In this document: positions 1-14,340 of the stretch, in pieces | Position numbering within the stretch: position 1 is the stretch's first letter | Layout: each line of letters starts with the position of its first letter | Source: the human T2T-CHM13v2.0 reference genome, Homo sapiens | Assembly (NCBI RefSeq): GCF_009914755.1 | Contig: NC_060939.1 | DNA: 64,000 nucleotides | Strand: one strand, 5' to 3' | Translations under genes and position numbers: made by a program | Notes under the pieces: model-generated | Database searches by the model: none | The model's input: the letters and a program-made list of their open reading frames with translations, nothing else | What the model was told of the DNA's origin: nothing

Positions 1-3000
1 AATTCAATCTTTTATTTATTATAGGTCTATTTCAATTTAATATTTTCTATTTCTTCTTCAGTCAGGTATGGTAAATTGTGTCTTTCTAACTTTTTGTCCA
101 TTTCATCTAGGTTTTCTTATTTGTTGGCATGAAATTATTCGTAGTATTTCTTTACAGCCTCAGTAAGGTCATTAGTAATGTTCCCTCTGTCATTTCTCCT
201 TTTAATAATTTACATCTTTTCTTCCTTTTTTTCCTTGTCAGTTTGACAAAAAGGTTTATCAGTTTTCAAAGAACCAACTTTTAGTTCCTTGACTTTTCTA
301 TTGTTTTTCTATTCTGTATTTTATGTATTTCTCTTCTAATCTTTATTGTTTCTTTTCTTCTGCTTGCTTCAGGTTTTCCTCTTCTTTTCTAGTTTTTTAA
401 TATAAAAGGCTAGATTATTGATTTGTGATTGTTATGTTTTAAAATAATCTCTTTTAATATAGGCATTTACAAATATGTATTTTTTCTGCTTTTGTTTTAT
501 CCTATAAGGTTTGGTATGCTGTGTTTTCATTTCTATTAATTTCAAAGTATTTTCTAATTTATATTGTAATTTCTTCTTTGACTCATTCATTATTTAGGAG
601 TGCATTGTTTAATTTCCATGTGCTTATAAATTTCCCAAACTTCCCTCTGCTATTGGTATCTAATTTATTTTGGTTTTGGTCAAATAATATATTTGTATGA
701 TTTAAATCATTTAAATTTATTAAAACTTGTTTTATGGCCAACCATGTGATCTACTCTACAGAATGTGTGCACTTGGGAAAAATGTGCTTTCTGTTTTTGT
801 TGGACCAAGTGTTCTATAGATGTCTGTTAATCTACTTGTTTCATATTGTTATGCAAATCTTATGTTGCCTTTTTGATTCTGTGTCTAGTTGTTCTATCCA
901 TTACTGAAAGTGGGGAACTGAAATCTCCAACAATTTTTGGTGAATTGTCTATTTACTTCATTTCTTTTAGTTATTCCTTCATGTATGATGGTGCTTTGTT
1001 ATTAGTTGTGCACATATTTACAATCTAGCTTCTTGATGAATTAACCCTTTATCATTATTTAATGTCCTTCTTTGTTTCTTGTAACTGTTTGTGAGTTAAA
1101 GTACATTATGTCTGATAGTCCTATAGCCACTCTGTCTTTCTTTTGGTTACTGTTTGCATGGTGTTTTCTTTTCCTTCTTTTAACCCATTGTGTCTTTGAA
1201 TTCACAGTATATCTCTTATAGCCAGCTTGTAGTTGGAACACTTTAAAAAAATCCATTCTAATCTCAATCTTTAGATTGAATTGTTTAATCCATTTACATT
1301 TAATATAATTACTGATTTTAAAAAAGGTTTTATGTATGTCATTTTGCTATCAGTTTTCCATATTTCTATGTGTTTTTTGTTGTTTTTTCATTCCTCTCTT
1401 ATTTCTTTTGAGTTAATAAATATTCAAGGCACTATTTAAATTTGTTTTCATTAGTTTTATAGTATTTTTTGAATTCTTTTATAACTGCCTTGGGGATTTA
1501 TAATATTGATATATAACAATCTAGTCAGATTAAAACAAACTTAATTGCAATAGTGTACAAAATATGCCATTATATAGCTTCATTTCCTTCCCCTTTCTTT
1601 GTGCTATTATCATATAAAATACGTCTTCATATATTGTAGACACATCAACACAGTTTATAATTACAGGTTATGCCATTGTTTTTTAAATCAGGGAAGAAAT
1701 TTTATAATTAAAAATACAATGCCTTTTATATTTACGTATGTATTAACTTTATCAGTGATTTTTTAAATGTGGATTCTTGTTACTGTCTAGTGTCTTTTCA
1801 TTTAAGCCTGAAGCCTTCCCTTTAGTGTGTCTTGTACAGCAGATTTCATAGCAATAAATTCTCTTATTATTTTCTTTGTTAGGAAACAAATTAATTTCTC
1901 CGTTAAAAAATAGTTTTGCTAAGTATAGAATTCTTGATGTTCAGTCTTTTTGTGTTAGTACTTTGAGTATATCATCTCACTGACTCTGGTCTCCACAGTT
2001 TCTGAAAAAAAAATTAGTTATTAATTTCATTGTAGGTTTCTTGTATAGCATTAGTCAATTCTGTCTTGTAGCTTTCAAAATTCTCTTTGTCTTTTGATAT
2101 TTTGGTTATTACATGTCTAGGTGTGGACCCTGAGTTTATCTTTCTTGGAGTTTGATGAGATTTTTGGATGTGTAGATTAGATTAATGTTTTTCACTAAGT
2201 TTAGGAAGTTTTCAGCCATTACTTTTTTTAACTATTTGTTCGTTCTGTCTCTTTGTCTCTCTATTGCTTCCCCTTTTATTTTGGAACTCCTATTAGATGT
2301 ATGTTGGTATGCTTGATGGTGTCCCAGTGGTGTCTGAGACTCTGTTAATTTTTTAGATCCTTTCTTCTCTCTATTCTTGAAAGTGGATAACCCCTTCCAG
2401 TCACTGAATACTTTTTCTGTCTGCGCAAAACTTCTGTTGAGGATCTGTAGTGATTTGTAAATTTCAGGTATTGTACTTTTGAATTCCAGAAATTATATTT
2501 GATTATTTTGTAAAATTTTTGTTTTTTAATGATAGTTTCTATTTGCTGAGACATCATTCTCATACTTTCTTTTAGTTCTTCAGACCTGTTTTTCTCTCTC
2601 TTTTTAGTTCCTTAAACATATGCATAATAGCTTATTTAAGTCTTAGACAGTAAGTTCAATATCTGGGCTTCCACAAGGATAGTTTCTATTAGCTGTTATA
2701 TTTTCTGTGTATAGCCTATGCTTTTTTGTTTTTTTAATATCTCATAAATTTTTTGCTGAAAAGTAGAAATTTTAAATACATAATGTTGCAATTCTGGAAA
2801 TCAGATTCTTCCCCAAACCCAGGATTTATTGTTGTTTGTTTAGTGACTTCTTGAAGTAATCCGTAAAGTCTATGTTCTTGTCATGTGCAGCCATTAAAGT
2901 CTTTGCTTGGCTAGCTTAGTGGTCTTCTAATGATTAGACAGAGTTTCTTAGTATTCTGTAACTAATAAGTCTCATAGCGTTTGCTAGGGAACCTACTGTT

Positions 3001-3550
3001 GATGTCTGGGCATGCCTTCAACACTCAGTCAGACAGTTTACATCTCTTCTTTAATCTTCACTTCCTGCTTGTTCAGAACCTCAAGGTTTGTCAGGATTGA
3101 GAGCTCAGGGCCTTTTTAGGTCTTTCCTGAGCATGCACATAGCCCTGAGTGTACATACAGCCCTATGCATGCAGGTTTCTAGAAATATTTTAGAGCTTTC
3201 AAAATCTCCCTGTGGACATTTCCCCCTCACCTTTTAGTTTTAAGTTCGGTGGTTTGCCCATAGGTTGCCCAACAGTTTTCTACTATCTGGGAGACCCATG
3301 ATGTTTAGCAATTGCCTCTAATTTTTTTCAACAAATGCCCATGGGAAAAAGTCTGTTTCCATTCGGGAAGATTTGAGTCATGTCAAATAAGGACCAGTGC
3401 TGCTGATTCCTTTTGCCTGTGAACAGAGCCAACACTCATCCAATAGCTTTTCAACAAAACAACCTTAATTGAAGAGTCTTGACAGAATTTGCAAGACATC
3501 ACTAATTGGATTCCACTTGCCATCTGCTGCACTATACCTGACAGAGCCCA
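1..3550 (-). mobile_element. Ancient L1M-type LINE-1 fragment(s) (5' ORF2/ORF1 region)
   Basis: T-rich antisense L1 sequence with degenerate endonuclease-region matches (e.g. tgaaatctccaac..tgaattgtctatt). Boundaries approximate. Confidence 0.7.
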
Positions 3551-4274
3551 GTAAAATATAAATTCAGAACCGATGACAGAGTGAAAGGAGAAAACAACCC
3601 CTTCCTGATAATTGTGGTTACCCAATCTGGAGCCTTAGAGGGAGGGGAGAGGTAGCATCTTGAGTCTTGTACTAAGGATTGACATTGAATAAATAAATGT
3701 GTACATTTTATTTCCTCAAGATTTATTTGAGATTTTCTCACCTTTAATGGAGAGCAACAAAGAAGGAAAGCAGGTATCATATCATGTAGGATAATTTTTC
3801 TTAAGGAATATTATTTTGAGAATTATTTTCTTTTATAAATATATATAAAAGTCATATTGCCTATGTTTAGCTTGAAGTGTATATTTTAGTTTAAAATACC
3901 CAGTGAACTGAAGATGACATTTTTCTGATCCATGAGACCTAACTATAAAGATGTTTTGATTTCTCATATTGCAAAAATGACTCCCTAAATAAAAAGACGC
4001 AGCCAAGCTACTAACGATAAAGCCCTCTGATTTTCTCCTTGGATCTTAGTGGAAATAAATTAAAGTAAAATAACTTTAAAATGTTAATGCCATATATTTG
4101 AAGGAGCTAGACCACTGAAAAGAATCAAGCTTACTTATCAGTAAGAAAGATGAAGATCTAATCATTTCATGGAAGATCCATTAATACCATATCTGTACTC
4201 AAACTGCAACTATTCTAAAAGGAAAATATACTCAGACCATAAAAATATGTTTCCCAGAAACTAGAGACTGGAGA

Positions 4275-4850
4275 ATTCATCCATTCATTCTTTATCGATA
4301 AGGTGATTTCTATGTGTCACGAATTGTTTTTTGGGGCTGAGGATACAGTAGTTGAACAAAATAGGTAAGGTTCGTGTTATCATTAAGCCTACACTCTAGT
4401 GGGGAAGAGAGAACATGAACTAAACTAGGGTAGATATGTAATACAATGATGGATAGTGTTAATTGTAGTGAATAAAATAATGTAGGTTGGAAAATAAAGG
4501 GTAATGAGCAGGTGAAAGGTGGGAAGAAGATCCTCTATGATGAGATGACATTTGAACAGAAACTTGAGAGAGTAAACCATGGATATTTGGGGAAAGAGAC
4601 TGCCAGGTAGAATGAAAGCAGTTAAGAAACCCTTGACATAGTCCAGGTAAAAGAAGACAGTGGCTTAGACAGGGTGGTAGTGTTGAAAGTGGTGAGTTAT
4701 ACTTGGTTTCTGTATATACTAAATATTTTGAAGATTTGCTATTAAACAGGATTAGGGGTATGTGATAAAGATGCCTCAAAGATGACTATAAGGTATTTGA
4801 CCTGAGCAACTGGTGATTAGGGGAGCCATTTAATGAAAATAGAGAGAGGG
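4275..4850 (-). mobile_element. L2 LINE 3' fragment
   Basis: cattcattc...ggggctgaggatacagtagttgaacaaa pattern typical of an antisense L2 3' end. Confidence 0.6.
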
Positions 4851-4904
4851 TAGTTGATGCTCCTTCCTTCTTTGTTTAGGAAGCCTAAAAGTGATTTGCC
4901 TTTT

Positions 4905-5116
4905 TTTTTTTTTTTTTTGAGATGGAATCTCACTCTGTTGCTAGGCCAGAGTGCAGTGGCACGAGCCACCATGCCCAGCTATTTTTTTTTGTATTTTTAG
5001 TAGAGAAGGGGTTTCACCATGTTGGCCAGGATGATCTCGATCTCTTGACCTCGTGATCTGCCCACCTTGGCCTCCCAAAGTGCTGGGATTACAGGCGTGA
5101 ACCACTGTGCCCCGCC
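4905..5116 (-). mobile_element. AluSc-like element with an internal right-arm deletion
   Basis: Poly(T) followed by antisense Alu; TSD GTGATTTGCCTTTT at 4891-4904 and 5118-5131; only about 210 bp long. Confidence 0.85.
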
Positions 5117-8100
5117 TGTGATTTGCCTTTTAATTTCCTGGAACCACTTGTGTATGTGATTCAGCTGAACAATACCAACAGGTTGTGGAAGATCTGGATA
5201 GAATTGAAACCAACACAAAAGCTTTTCTGTAACAAAACAGTACAAAGTGTGTTAAGAGAGAGAGGGGAAAAATAATGACAAAAAAGAAGGGATTAGAAAA
5301 AGATTGTGCTTTAGGTAAAGAAATTTCCAGACTTTTTCCAGGAAACCTATTTTTCATTGGCTAAAGACCTGGGATCAAATTCATGCTTGAAATACATGAC
5401 TATGAACAGTTACATAAACCTTGTGAATTGCAGTTTCTTCAAATATAAAACAGGATTTTTTCAAGGATTAAATGATAAATATAGCTTTTTCTCCTCTTAT
5501 TTTTATTTTATTGTTATGATTTACTGAAAGTCTCAGAAAAGCCCTATATTGATGATCCAATTAGTCTCTAAGATTATATATTACAAGTAGTAACTGAGAT
5601 CCATTAAATGTAGGACATGATGATGAGTATTGAAGCAGATTCAATAAACATACAAGATGCAGTACTATCCTCAAATGATTTATAGTCTAAATCTGTAGTT
5701 AAGCGAAAATTCAGAACAGTATTGATGGTGATGCAAATGTGAATGCTAAAAAGAACTGCTTTTAAAAAATGCAAACATTTGTTCATCACTGAGTACATAC
5801 GAAGCATTTTGCTAAGTGCCTTAAGTGTGTTATGACACTTAAGCCTAAGAAACAAACAATCAAAAATCCTGTGAGTTAAATACTGGTATCACCCTTAGGT
5901 CGAAATAAAAAGACAGGTGTGTTCGTCATCTGATACTGAGAGTCTAAAATTTAACAAAGTTAAATAACTTGGTCAAGTTTATACAGCAAGTGAGAGATCC
6001 AGACTTGAATGCACACAGCCAGAATCCGGTGACACACACATACACTTTTCACCATTTTTGTTTTCTCAAGGAATTTTAGAAGTTGGAGAAATTGCTACAG
6101 ATTGTAGTCAAAGGAAGTCTCATGAAAGGGGCGAGGCTTGATAAGTTTCCTGAAAGACAGGTAGAATAAGAAAGAGAGGGAGAAGAAAAAGATTGGGTCT
6201 GCAGACATGGCTCCATCAGCAGGTGAGGGGATTTGAGAGTTGGGAGAGCACATAGTGGCCTGGGAACAATAAGGAAACATGGTTTGATTGGACCACTGGG
6301 TTTGTGTTGGGCAGTAATAGAAGATTGAGTTGGACTGGTGAGATGAGACTAGTTTGTAGAAAATCTTGAATGTCAGCCAAAGTAGTTTACACATCCTTTT
6401 TTAGGTAACAGGAGTCAGTGAAAGAATTTGAATATACTTTTGGAATTATGTCAAATTGGAGGAGAAACATTACGATAGATAGAAGATGAGAAAAACGGTG
6501 AGGAGGCAATTGCTGTAATTTATATAGGAGATAATAAATCTTAGACAATTTTTCTTCTTATGAATTTGGGTTTCAAAAAATAAAACCTTATAACCTACCT
6601 CCCCTCTCTTTCTCTTCCCTTATTTATGTCACTGACACTTTGTCTTTTCTTTTGCATGCCTTTACCTAGAATTAGCATTTTCAAAGGAGAAAGTCACCTT
6701 GGATAGAGATCATGTGTTCTAATTTTCTGCTTTAAAAACAACAACAGCAAAACAAACAAAACAACATCTCTGAGCCAACCAAAACTACGGAGCTTGCTTA
6801 GGATTACACTGTAGCAAGTGTCAAAACAAGGCTGAAGCTCATTTTTTTTTTTTTTTTTTCCTGATTTCTTCTTCGGCACTGAGTGCTATCCATTTTCTCC
6901 TACCAGGAAATCAAGGAAAAGGAACTCCAGAATTCCAAGATGACTCTTGACATTCTTTTACCTAGGAAGGTATTGGCAGTCAGCATTGCTTTCAGGGAAT
7001 GGGATAAATGTTTCGTAGCTATTTAAAGACCCAGTCAGCAGAAATTATTTTTCTGTACCTGTGTTCCGTGTCCTAAGAGACTAATCAGGATTTTATTATA
7101 CATCCAGAGTTAAACACATTGACATCCTCTAAAGAAAGCATAAGAATCACCTTCTTTTCTACATCTGCTAGTTAGCAGGAAAGAGAAGAGTTGTTACTCT
7201 CTAGAGACACATTTTGGCTTGATCATCTCATCAGGGGAATTCCTTTCTGTAAGTTTCCCTGTAAAGAAAACTTACCTGAATATGAAGAAGGCTCTTAGGC
7301 ATAGAAAAAGGGAACAAGTAAAACCCCATGCATTCTTCCCACCTAGGAAAATAAATATGGGGTCTTATGATTCATTACAGGACTCTAATTTCTGAGCTTC
7401 TTTGAGAAAACTCAGCTCTAAATTTCTTTATCAACTTTTTTGCAGTAGGGATAGAAGACTAGAAGTTCTATTGCAAGTTTATACAAAACAATGTCTATTT
7501 TTCTTAATGTTAATGATTTTGAACATTACATGATATTTTTCTATTAAAGATTTCTCTCCAACAAGGAATATACAGTGACTTTTAATCCAAAGCAGACTAC
7601 AGCAGCCTAGAGGAAGCCCCAGCTGAGATGGAGATGATCAGGAACAATCAATATTTCATAATTAAACCTGTTGAATTCACAGTAATAAAGCTGCAGTTTT
7701 AATTTAGAGTTGACTGTCCAGAGAAAAAATATTCTGACAGCAGTAGAATGGGGAGTTGACTTTCATTTATTCCTCAGATAAAGGTGAATTCATTGTCTAT
7801 CACCTTCTGACCACTGTGATGGGTTGGTGCTGAGAAATTGTCAGAACGAGAGAGACATAATATCAGCTTGGAGCTGGCACTTGATAATAATCCCCAGAAT
7901 GTAAATTCCTGGAAGGACTTATTCACTGCTGTAATCCTCAGAATAAGAATAGTATCCGACACATAGTAGGTGTTCTAGTTGAACAACAAATGTGTGGTGA
8001 ATTAGTGAATAAAGTGTTTTTATATGACATTTTTGTCTTTTGAATATAATTTTGTACCTGAAACAAACTTGTCAAATGGGAAGAGGAATATTAATTTTAC

Positions 8101-8439
8101 ATAGAAGAAAACCACAAAGATGTCAGAAGATTTCTAAGGCTTATGGTCAGGTGACAGCACTGGCCTCACATCCCATCCATTTTTAAAATATTAAGCAGTG
8201 AAATCCTTTCTTCAAACAAAATTGGACTCCAGAGTTCAACAGGCAAATCAGATAGAAGCTGAGACACATTGGTTCATATAGGTGTGGGGAGCAGACACCT
8301 TTCATTTCTGTAGGCTTCTTCCCCATCCCTTTTCATCCATTGCAAACACTGGATAAATCATGCTAATTAGATGGTTAGGACATTTGTGCTTCTTATAAGT
8401 AACTGTCCTCTCTGTTACATAGTTTACTCTTTATTCAGA

Positions 8440-8625
8440 GGCTACTCTAGCTGTGTGACCTTAGACAGGTTACTTAACATCTGTAAATCTCAACTTTCTC
8501 ATGTGCAAAATGGAAATTATAATTATAAATGCCTCTAGGGTTGTTGTGAAGATCCATGAGGAGAATACATATAGCAGTTAATAAAAGGCATGGTACAAAA
8601 TAAGTGCTCAATGAATGTGAACTAT
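8440..8625 (+). mobile_element. MIR SINE
   Basis: ctagctgtgtgaccttagacaggttacttaacatct...tgcaaaatgg MIR core. Confidence 0.75.
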
Positions 8626-9119
8626 AATGGTGGTGATGATGATGATGATTGAGATAATGGTGATTGGGAGGAAGAACAGCTTTTGATACTCACCTGGTCT
8701 AAAACAAAACAAAAGGATGAAGTAGGGCTCATTTATTTTTCCCGTGTGATAGGAGCTTTCAATATTAAATGAAATATATAATTATCCATTTCGTTTTACA
8801 TTACAGACATGACAACCAAGATATAAATAAATGTAGAGAATAATGTGTTCTTGCTTTTGTGGTGTCAGAAAGCATTTATTTTGCTTTTTAGGTTTAACAA
8901 AAAGGTTTTGAGCACAGTTTAGGACATTAAAATATACAATTAAATGCCATTTTAATTCATGTGAATATACGTTTATGAAATAATATCTGTGTTCCAGCTA
9001 CTCTTTCAGGCTCTGGGGACACAGAGGTACACAAAACACTATCTTGTCTTTAAAGTGCTGAATGTCTGGTGGAAAAAACCATTATAGTAAGGTAAAATCA
9101 AGTCTGTCGCTGAGGTGTC

Positions 9120-11037
9120 CTCAAATTACTTTTGCAAAAATTGAAAATGTCCATATCTTTCTGCTCATTTTGTTTATCTGGGTTTTTTCTAATATATTTC
9201 TAAGGACAAGGCTTATGGGGAATGATATTTCCTAGGTTCTTGAATATTGATAAGAATTTGTCTATACCTCTATATTTGAAAAATCAGTTTTTCTGGACAT
9301 CAAATCATTGTCTCGCATTTTCTTTATTTAAATATTTTTATTTAATACTTTGAATATCCTTGTTCAATTTTCTTTTGAAACATTGTCCTCAAAAAGGTGT
9401 AATCTAATTTTTTCCTTGGTAAGTCATATCCTGTTATTACCTAGATTTCCAATGAGTTTCTTTTTCTTTAAAATCCATTAATATCACTAGATTATCTCTT
9501 GGTATTGGTTGAAGTCTTAGTATTTCTTTTGATCCTTGGCTTTTTCTTTTTCAGAAACTACTATTATTCATATGTTAGATGTTCTTTGCCTGTCTTCAAT
9601 ATTTGTCACTTTGCCTTGAATCCTTGTTATCTTTTTCTACCCTTCTACAGAATTAAAACAAAGTTTTTAATTTTACATTTTTCTCTAAAGGCATTATTTG
9701 TCTTATTTATTCATGTTTGTGTTCTTTCTACACTAGGTTTTATTTACAAAATGATATTTTCTTTTTTTAACCATTTATTATCACCTAATTTTTGAGTTTT
9801 TCCAGTTATTATTTTTTTTAAATTATAGATTTTTTCCTTTTTTCAAGTTATAACTTTTAAAACTCTTTTAAGTATTCATTTTGAAATAATTTGTATCTGT
9901 CAAAGTTACAGTAATAGTATAAAAATATTCCTGCATATCTTTCACCCAGCTTACCTAAATGCTAACATTTTACATATCTGTAAGATAATGATCAAAACCA
10001 GGAAACTAACATTAATATACTAGTATTAATTACATACATTATTCAGATTTCACCAATCATTCCAATAATGTTGTTTTTCCAGGATCATATATTGCATTTA
10101 GTAGTTGTGTCTTCTCAATCTCCTCTAATCTAAAATAGTTCCTCAGGTTTTTTTTCTGTTTATCTTGACTTTTTTGAAGAGTACTGGTGAGTTATATATA
10201 GAATATCCCTTGAATTGGGTTTGTCTGATGTTTCCTCATTATTAAATAGTGGCTTTGTATTTCTGGCAAGGTTGTCACACAGGTGATGTTGTACCCTTCT
10301 CAGTTGTATCATATCAGGGGCATGTGATGTTGACATGCCTCACAAATGGTGATGTTAACTTTGATCATTTGAATAAAGTGGTATCTTCCAGACTTCTCCA
10401 TCATAAAGTTACTATTATTTGCTTTGGGATTAGTAAGTGTCTTGTGGGGAGATACTCTGATGTGAATCTTCTGTTGCTCATTATAGTTTTACCCACTAAC
10501 TTTAGCTACATTGCTGATTGTTGCTTGTATCGATTATTACTGTGATGTTTGTCAAATGATAAGTTTTTTAAGTTTTCTCTAAATGTATAAATCTACTTCT
10601 CTATGTACTAATTGGAATTCTACTAAAATTAAGAGCTATTCCTTCTTCCCTACTTATTTATTTAAATCACTATGAATTTATGAATATTTAATTTATTCTA
10701 TGGGTTATAACATAGTACTATTGTTCGTGGTCAAATCTTACTGCATTTCACCATTGTGGTTCCCTTAGAATTGATCTCTGCGTCATTTCAACATGTCCCC
10801 ATTATTTAAAAATACTTCCTTATTTTTTGGCACCATTATATATTCTGTTCCAGACTGATATTCTTTTCTTCTGCCCCACCTCTGAAACCAGGCATTTCTT
10901 CAAGCAGCCCTGGTTTCTTTTATTCAATAATGGTATTTAGAAACTGATATCTGGGAACTAGATATGTTTCTTGCTTGTTAGTATTTCTCGGTTCTTCTAG
11001 CAGACAGAGCTGGGAAATAGATGTATGAATACACACA

Positions 11038-11076
<39 letters not shown>

Positions 11077-12560
11077 ATCTATTTCTTTATCTATCTGTAA
11101 ATTTAAAATCATGAGTTTATGCTGATACCTCTGATTTCAATACAAAATCACAGAGTTAATTCCTTATTTGTAATTCCTTTCTGTAACAGTGAGAAACCTG
11201 GTTGTTGTTATTCATAATTGATTTACTTATTTATTCAATCCTAGAATACACATAAAGTAGTTTTAGAATTGCCAGCTCAGAATTGTGCACTGCTATGAAA
11301 AACAAATTTGTGTATTGTTCTTTTTATCCTTAGCTTTACCATTTATAGCCAAAATTTTATTTTCTAAAGTTACTCAGTTCAGTTCTTTTCTTCTTACTTC
11401 GTTTAGTGTTAGTCACTTGTGACAGAGTTTATTTATAAATGTTTGTAACCCATTTGGGTTTTCTCCATGGCTCTTGTGTTTGATTATATTTATTTATTTA
11501 TTGATATGAATATGTGAAATGTTAACTTGGTTCTAAAAGTTGAAATTAGACAAAAATATATGCTCAGGGAAATGTCACTTGCCCCTCAGTCTTCTTACCC
11601 CATTCCCAGTTACCCATTCTCTGTTTGTTATACCCCATGTCCACCCCATGTCCATTAGGCCATCAGTCTTATTAGTTTCTGATTTATCTTTCTTGTATTT
11701 TCTTGCACAAAGGAATAAATGCATGTTTATTGTTCACCTCCTTCATTCTTAGCTATGCTATTTTATCCCTTAACTGTATATTTTTATTTGTAAAAGTTAT
11801 ATTTCATTCAACTTTATCATTTAACTCCACATCCTAAAAATTACCACTCCATATCAACTCATTGGGATTTTCCTCCTTTTTTACATAGTTGCATAATACT
11901 TCATTTTGTGACGGCACCAAATTATTCAACTACTCTCCTTTATGGAAATTTACCTTTGTATGCTAATATTGTATCCTGCTACTTTACTGAATTCCTTTAC
12001 TGTTTGAGTTAATAGTTGGTTTTCTAGGTATGCTGCAATGTTATCTGCAAATACACATGGTTTCAGATCTTCTTTACTGATTTGCATGCTTCTGAATAAT
12101 ACCTCTTGTCTAGGTTCATTGGGTAATACTTCTAATTATACATTGAAGAGTTGTGGAGAGAGTGATCCTCATTACCTTGTGCCTGCTCTTAGTGGAAATT
12201 CCTCTGGAGTTTCTCCATTAAATAAAATTCTTCCTTTAAGACTTTTAGAATTCCTGGCTTTAGGAATGTGTGCATGTGTGCCTGTATGTGTGTATATACA
12301 CACATACACGCACAGTATCTATCAATTCTTATTTTCTTGATTGTCTTTATCAGGAGTGGGTGTGGAATTTTTCAAAGGTTTCTATTTGCTTTAATTATTA
12401 TAAAAATAATAATTAGTTCTTGATTTTTAAACATTGTCTTTTATTATTTCCTATTCTAACAATTTTTTGTGAGAATTAAAAAGAATTTAAAATTTCAGAT
12501 TTTAAATAAATGACCCTTAGTTTTATCTACTAAATAATGTTATGTTGTTCAAAATGTCAG
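9120..12560 (-). mobile_element. Cluster of old L1M (L1MC/L1ME-like) fragments
   Basis: Antisense L1MC-type 3' end near 9880 (aaagttacagtaatagt...tcacccagct...taacatttt) plus degenerate ORF2 pieces. Boundaries approximate. Confidence 0.55.
11031..11077. repeat. (CA)n microsatellite
   Basis: Directly visible interrupted CA run. Confidence 0.95.
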
Positions 12561-12686
12561 CTGGTTGCAATGGATGACTTCAAGTGGTTGTTGGCTGGCT
12601 GGCCTCAGAATTAGTAGCACAGCCTAAGGTTTCACTGTTCACTTGCATGTGTATTTGGCAAATTCTTCACAAACAGTTGTTGGCCT

Positions 12687-13303
12687 TGTGAACACAAAAG
12701 TATCTGAGACAGATCTCAATCAATTTAAAAAGTTTGTTTTGGCAGTGTTAAGGACGTGCCCGTGACACAGCCTCAGCAGTCCTGATGACATGTGCCCGAG
12801 GTGGTTGGGGCATAGCTTGGTTTTATACATTTTAGGGAGACATGAGATAGCAATTAATATGTGTAAGATGTACATTGATTGGGTTCAGAAAGGTGGGACA
12901 ACTCAAAGCGGGGGAGGGAGCTTCCAGGTCATAGGTAGATAAGAGACAAACAGTTGCATTCTTTTGAGACTCTGATTAGCCTTTTACTGAATACACAAGT
13001 TCCATGTGAGAGGAAACTAGAGGAGTAGTCACTTATGCCTGAGTCTGGCTTAGTGAAACAACAGGGCAGAGAAAGCCATTATATATGCATTTGTCTCAGG
13101 TGAACGGAGGGTTGGCTTTGAGTTCCGTCATCTTTGTCCACAAGGAATCTCCTTGTTGGCAAATTGTGAGGCAGGTATGTAGCTTTTCTATCTTTGTAGC
13201 TATCTTATTTGGTAATAAAATGGGAGGAAGGTTGTGCAGTTCCCAGCTTGACTTTTCCCTTTAGCTTAGTGATCTTGAGGTCTCGAGATATATTTTCCTT
13301 TCA
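12687..13303 (-). mobile_element. MER4A-family solo LTR (ERV1)
   Basis: TG...CA termini and a match to MER4A-type sequence (gtgacacagcctcag..cctgatgacatgtgccc..ttatacattttagggagacatgaga); imperfect 4-bp TSD gcct/gtct. Confidence 0.8.
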
Positions 13304-13426
13304 GTCTGGTGACGTAACTTTAGAAACTTCCAACGCAGAGGGCTGACTGTTTCACAGGGAGTAATATTTAATTTATTCAGTCAGTTGTATGTGGGAACAA
13401 GTGTTGTGTAGAAATGTGAATTAACT

Positions 13427-13721
13427 GGCTGGGTGCGGTGGCTGACGCCTGTCATCCCAGCACTTTGGGAGGCCAAGGTGGGCAGATCACCTGAGGTCAG
13501 GAGTTTGAGACCAGCCTGGTCAACATGGCGAAACCCTGTCTCTACTAAAAATACAAAAAATTAGCTGGGCGTGGCGGCACATGCCTGTAATCCCAGCTAC
13601 TCTGGAGGCTGAGGCAGGAGAATCGCTTGAACCCAGGAGGCGGAGGTTGCAGTGAGCCGGGATGGTGCTCTAGCCTGGGTGACAAGAGTGAAACTCCATC
13701 TCAAAAAAAAAAAAAAAAAAA
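13427..13721 (+). mobile_element. AluS (Sq-like)
   Basis: Dimeric Alu with A-tail; imperfect TSD gtgaattaact/gtgatttaact. Confidence 0.92.
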
Positions 13722-14189
13722 GTGATTTAACTGATCACGTGTTCTTGATTGATGCAAGTGATGCGGTAGGGCTCTCTCTATATTTGCAGCTAATCTGGCT
13801 CATCACTTAATCTGGTCTGAGCTGATTTCAGCTGAAGTTGTCCTGGTCGTGTGATCTTTTGAATTGCCCCATTGAATAGCTGAATGATATTATGAAATCA
13901 GACTAGTGAAAATAACTTAGAAATAAAAACCACATTTTAATCTTCTCTATTGGTGTTCAAATTAAAACATGTAAGAGACTAACACAACAGTGGGAAAAAT
14001 GGGTTGGGCAAGTATGTAAGTGGGAGTGTCTCCAAGCTTTTGGAGCTGGCTCTGCTCCAGATGAGATGCTAAAAGTCCTAAATATGTGTTCTAGTTCTGG
14101 AAGCATGGTGGCAATAAATCCCTTTATAAAGTAATAATTCCTTTGTGAATGTTAATTTTCTTCTTACCTTAAATTCTAGTAGAAAGCAC

Positions 14190-14340
14190 TGCTTCTTTCA
14201 CTTTAATGTGCATACACAGTCCATTAGGATCTTGTTAAAATGCAGACTCAGGGTTGGGACTAGAGTTTCTACATATCTCACAGGCTACCAGGTAATGTTG
14301 TTGCTCCTCCTTTGTGACTACCCTTGGAGGAACAAGGGCA
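14190..14340. mobile_element. MER5A-like hAT DNA transposon remnant
   Basis: gatcttgttaaaatgcagactc...ccaggtaatgttgttgct signature. Confidence 0.6.
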
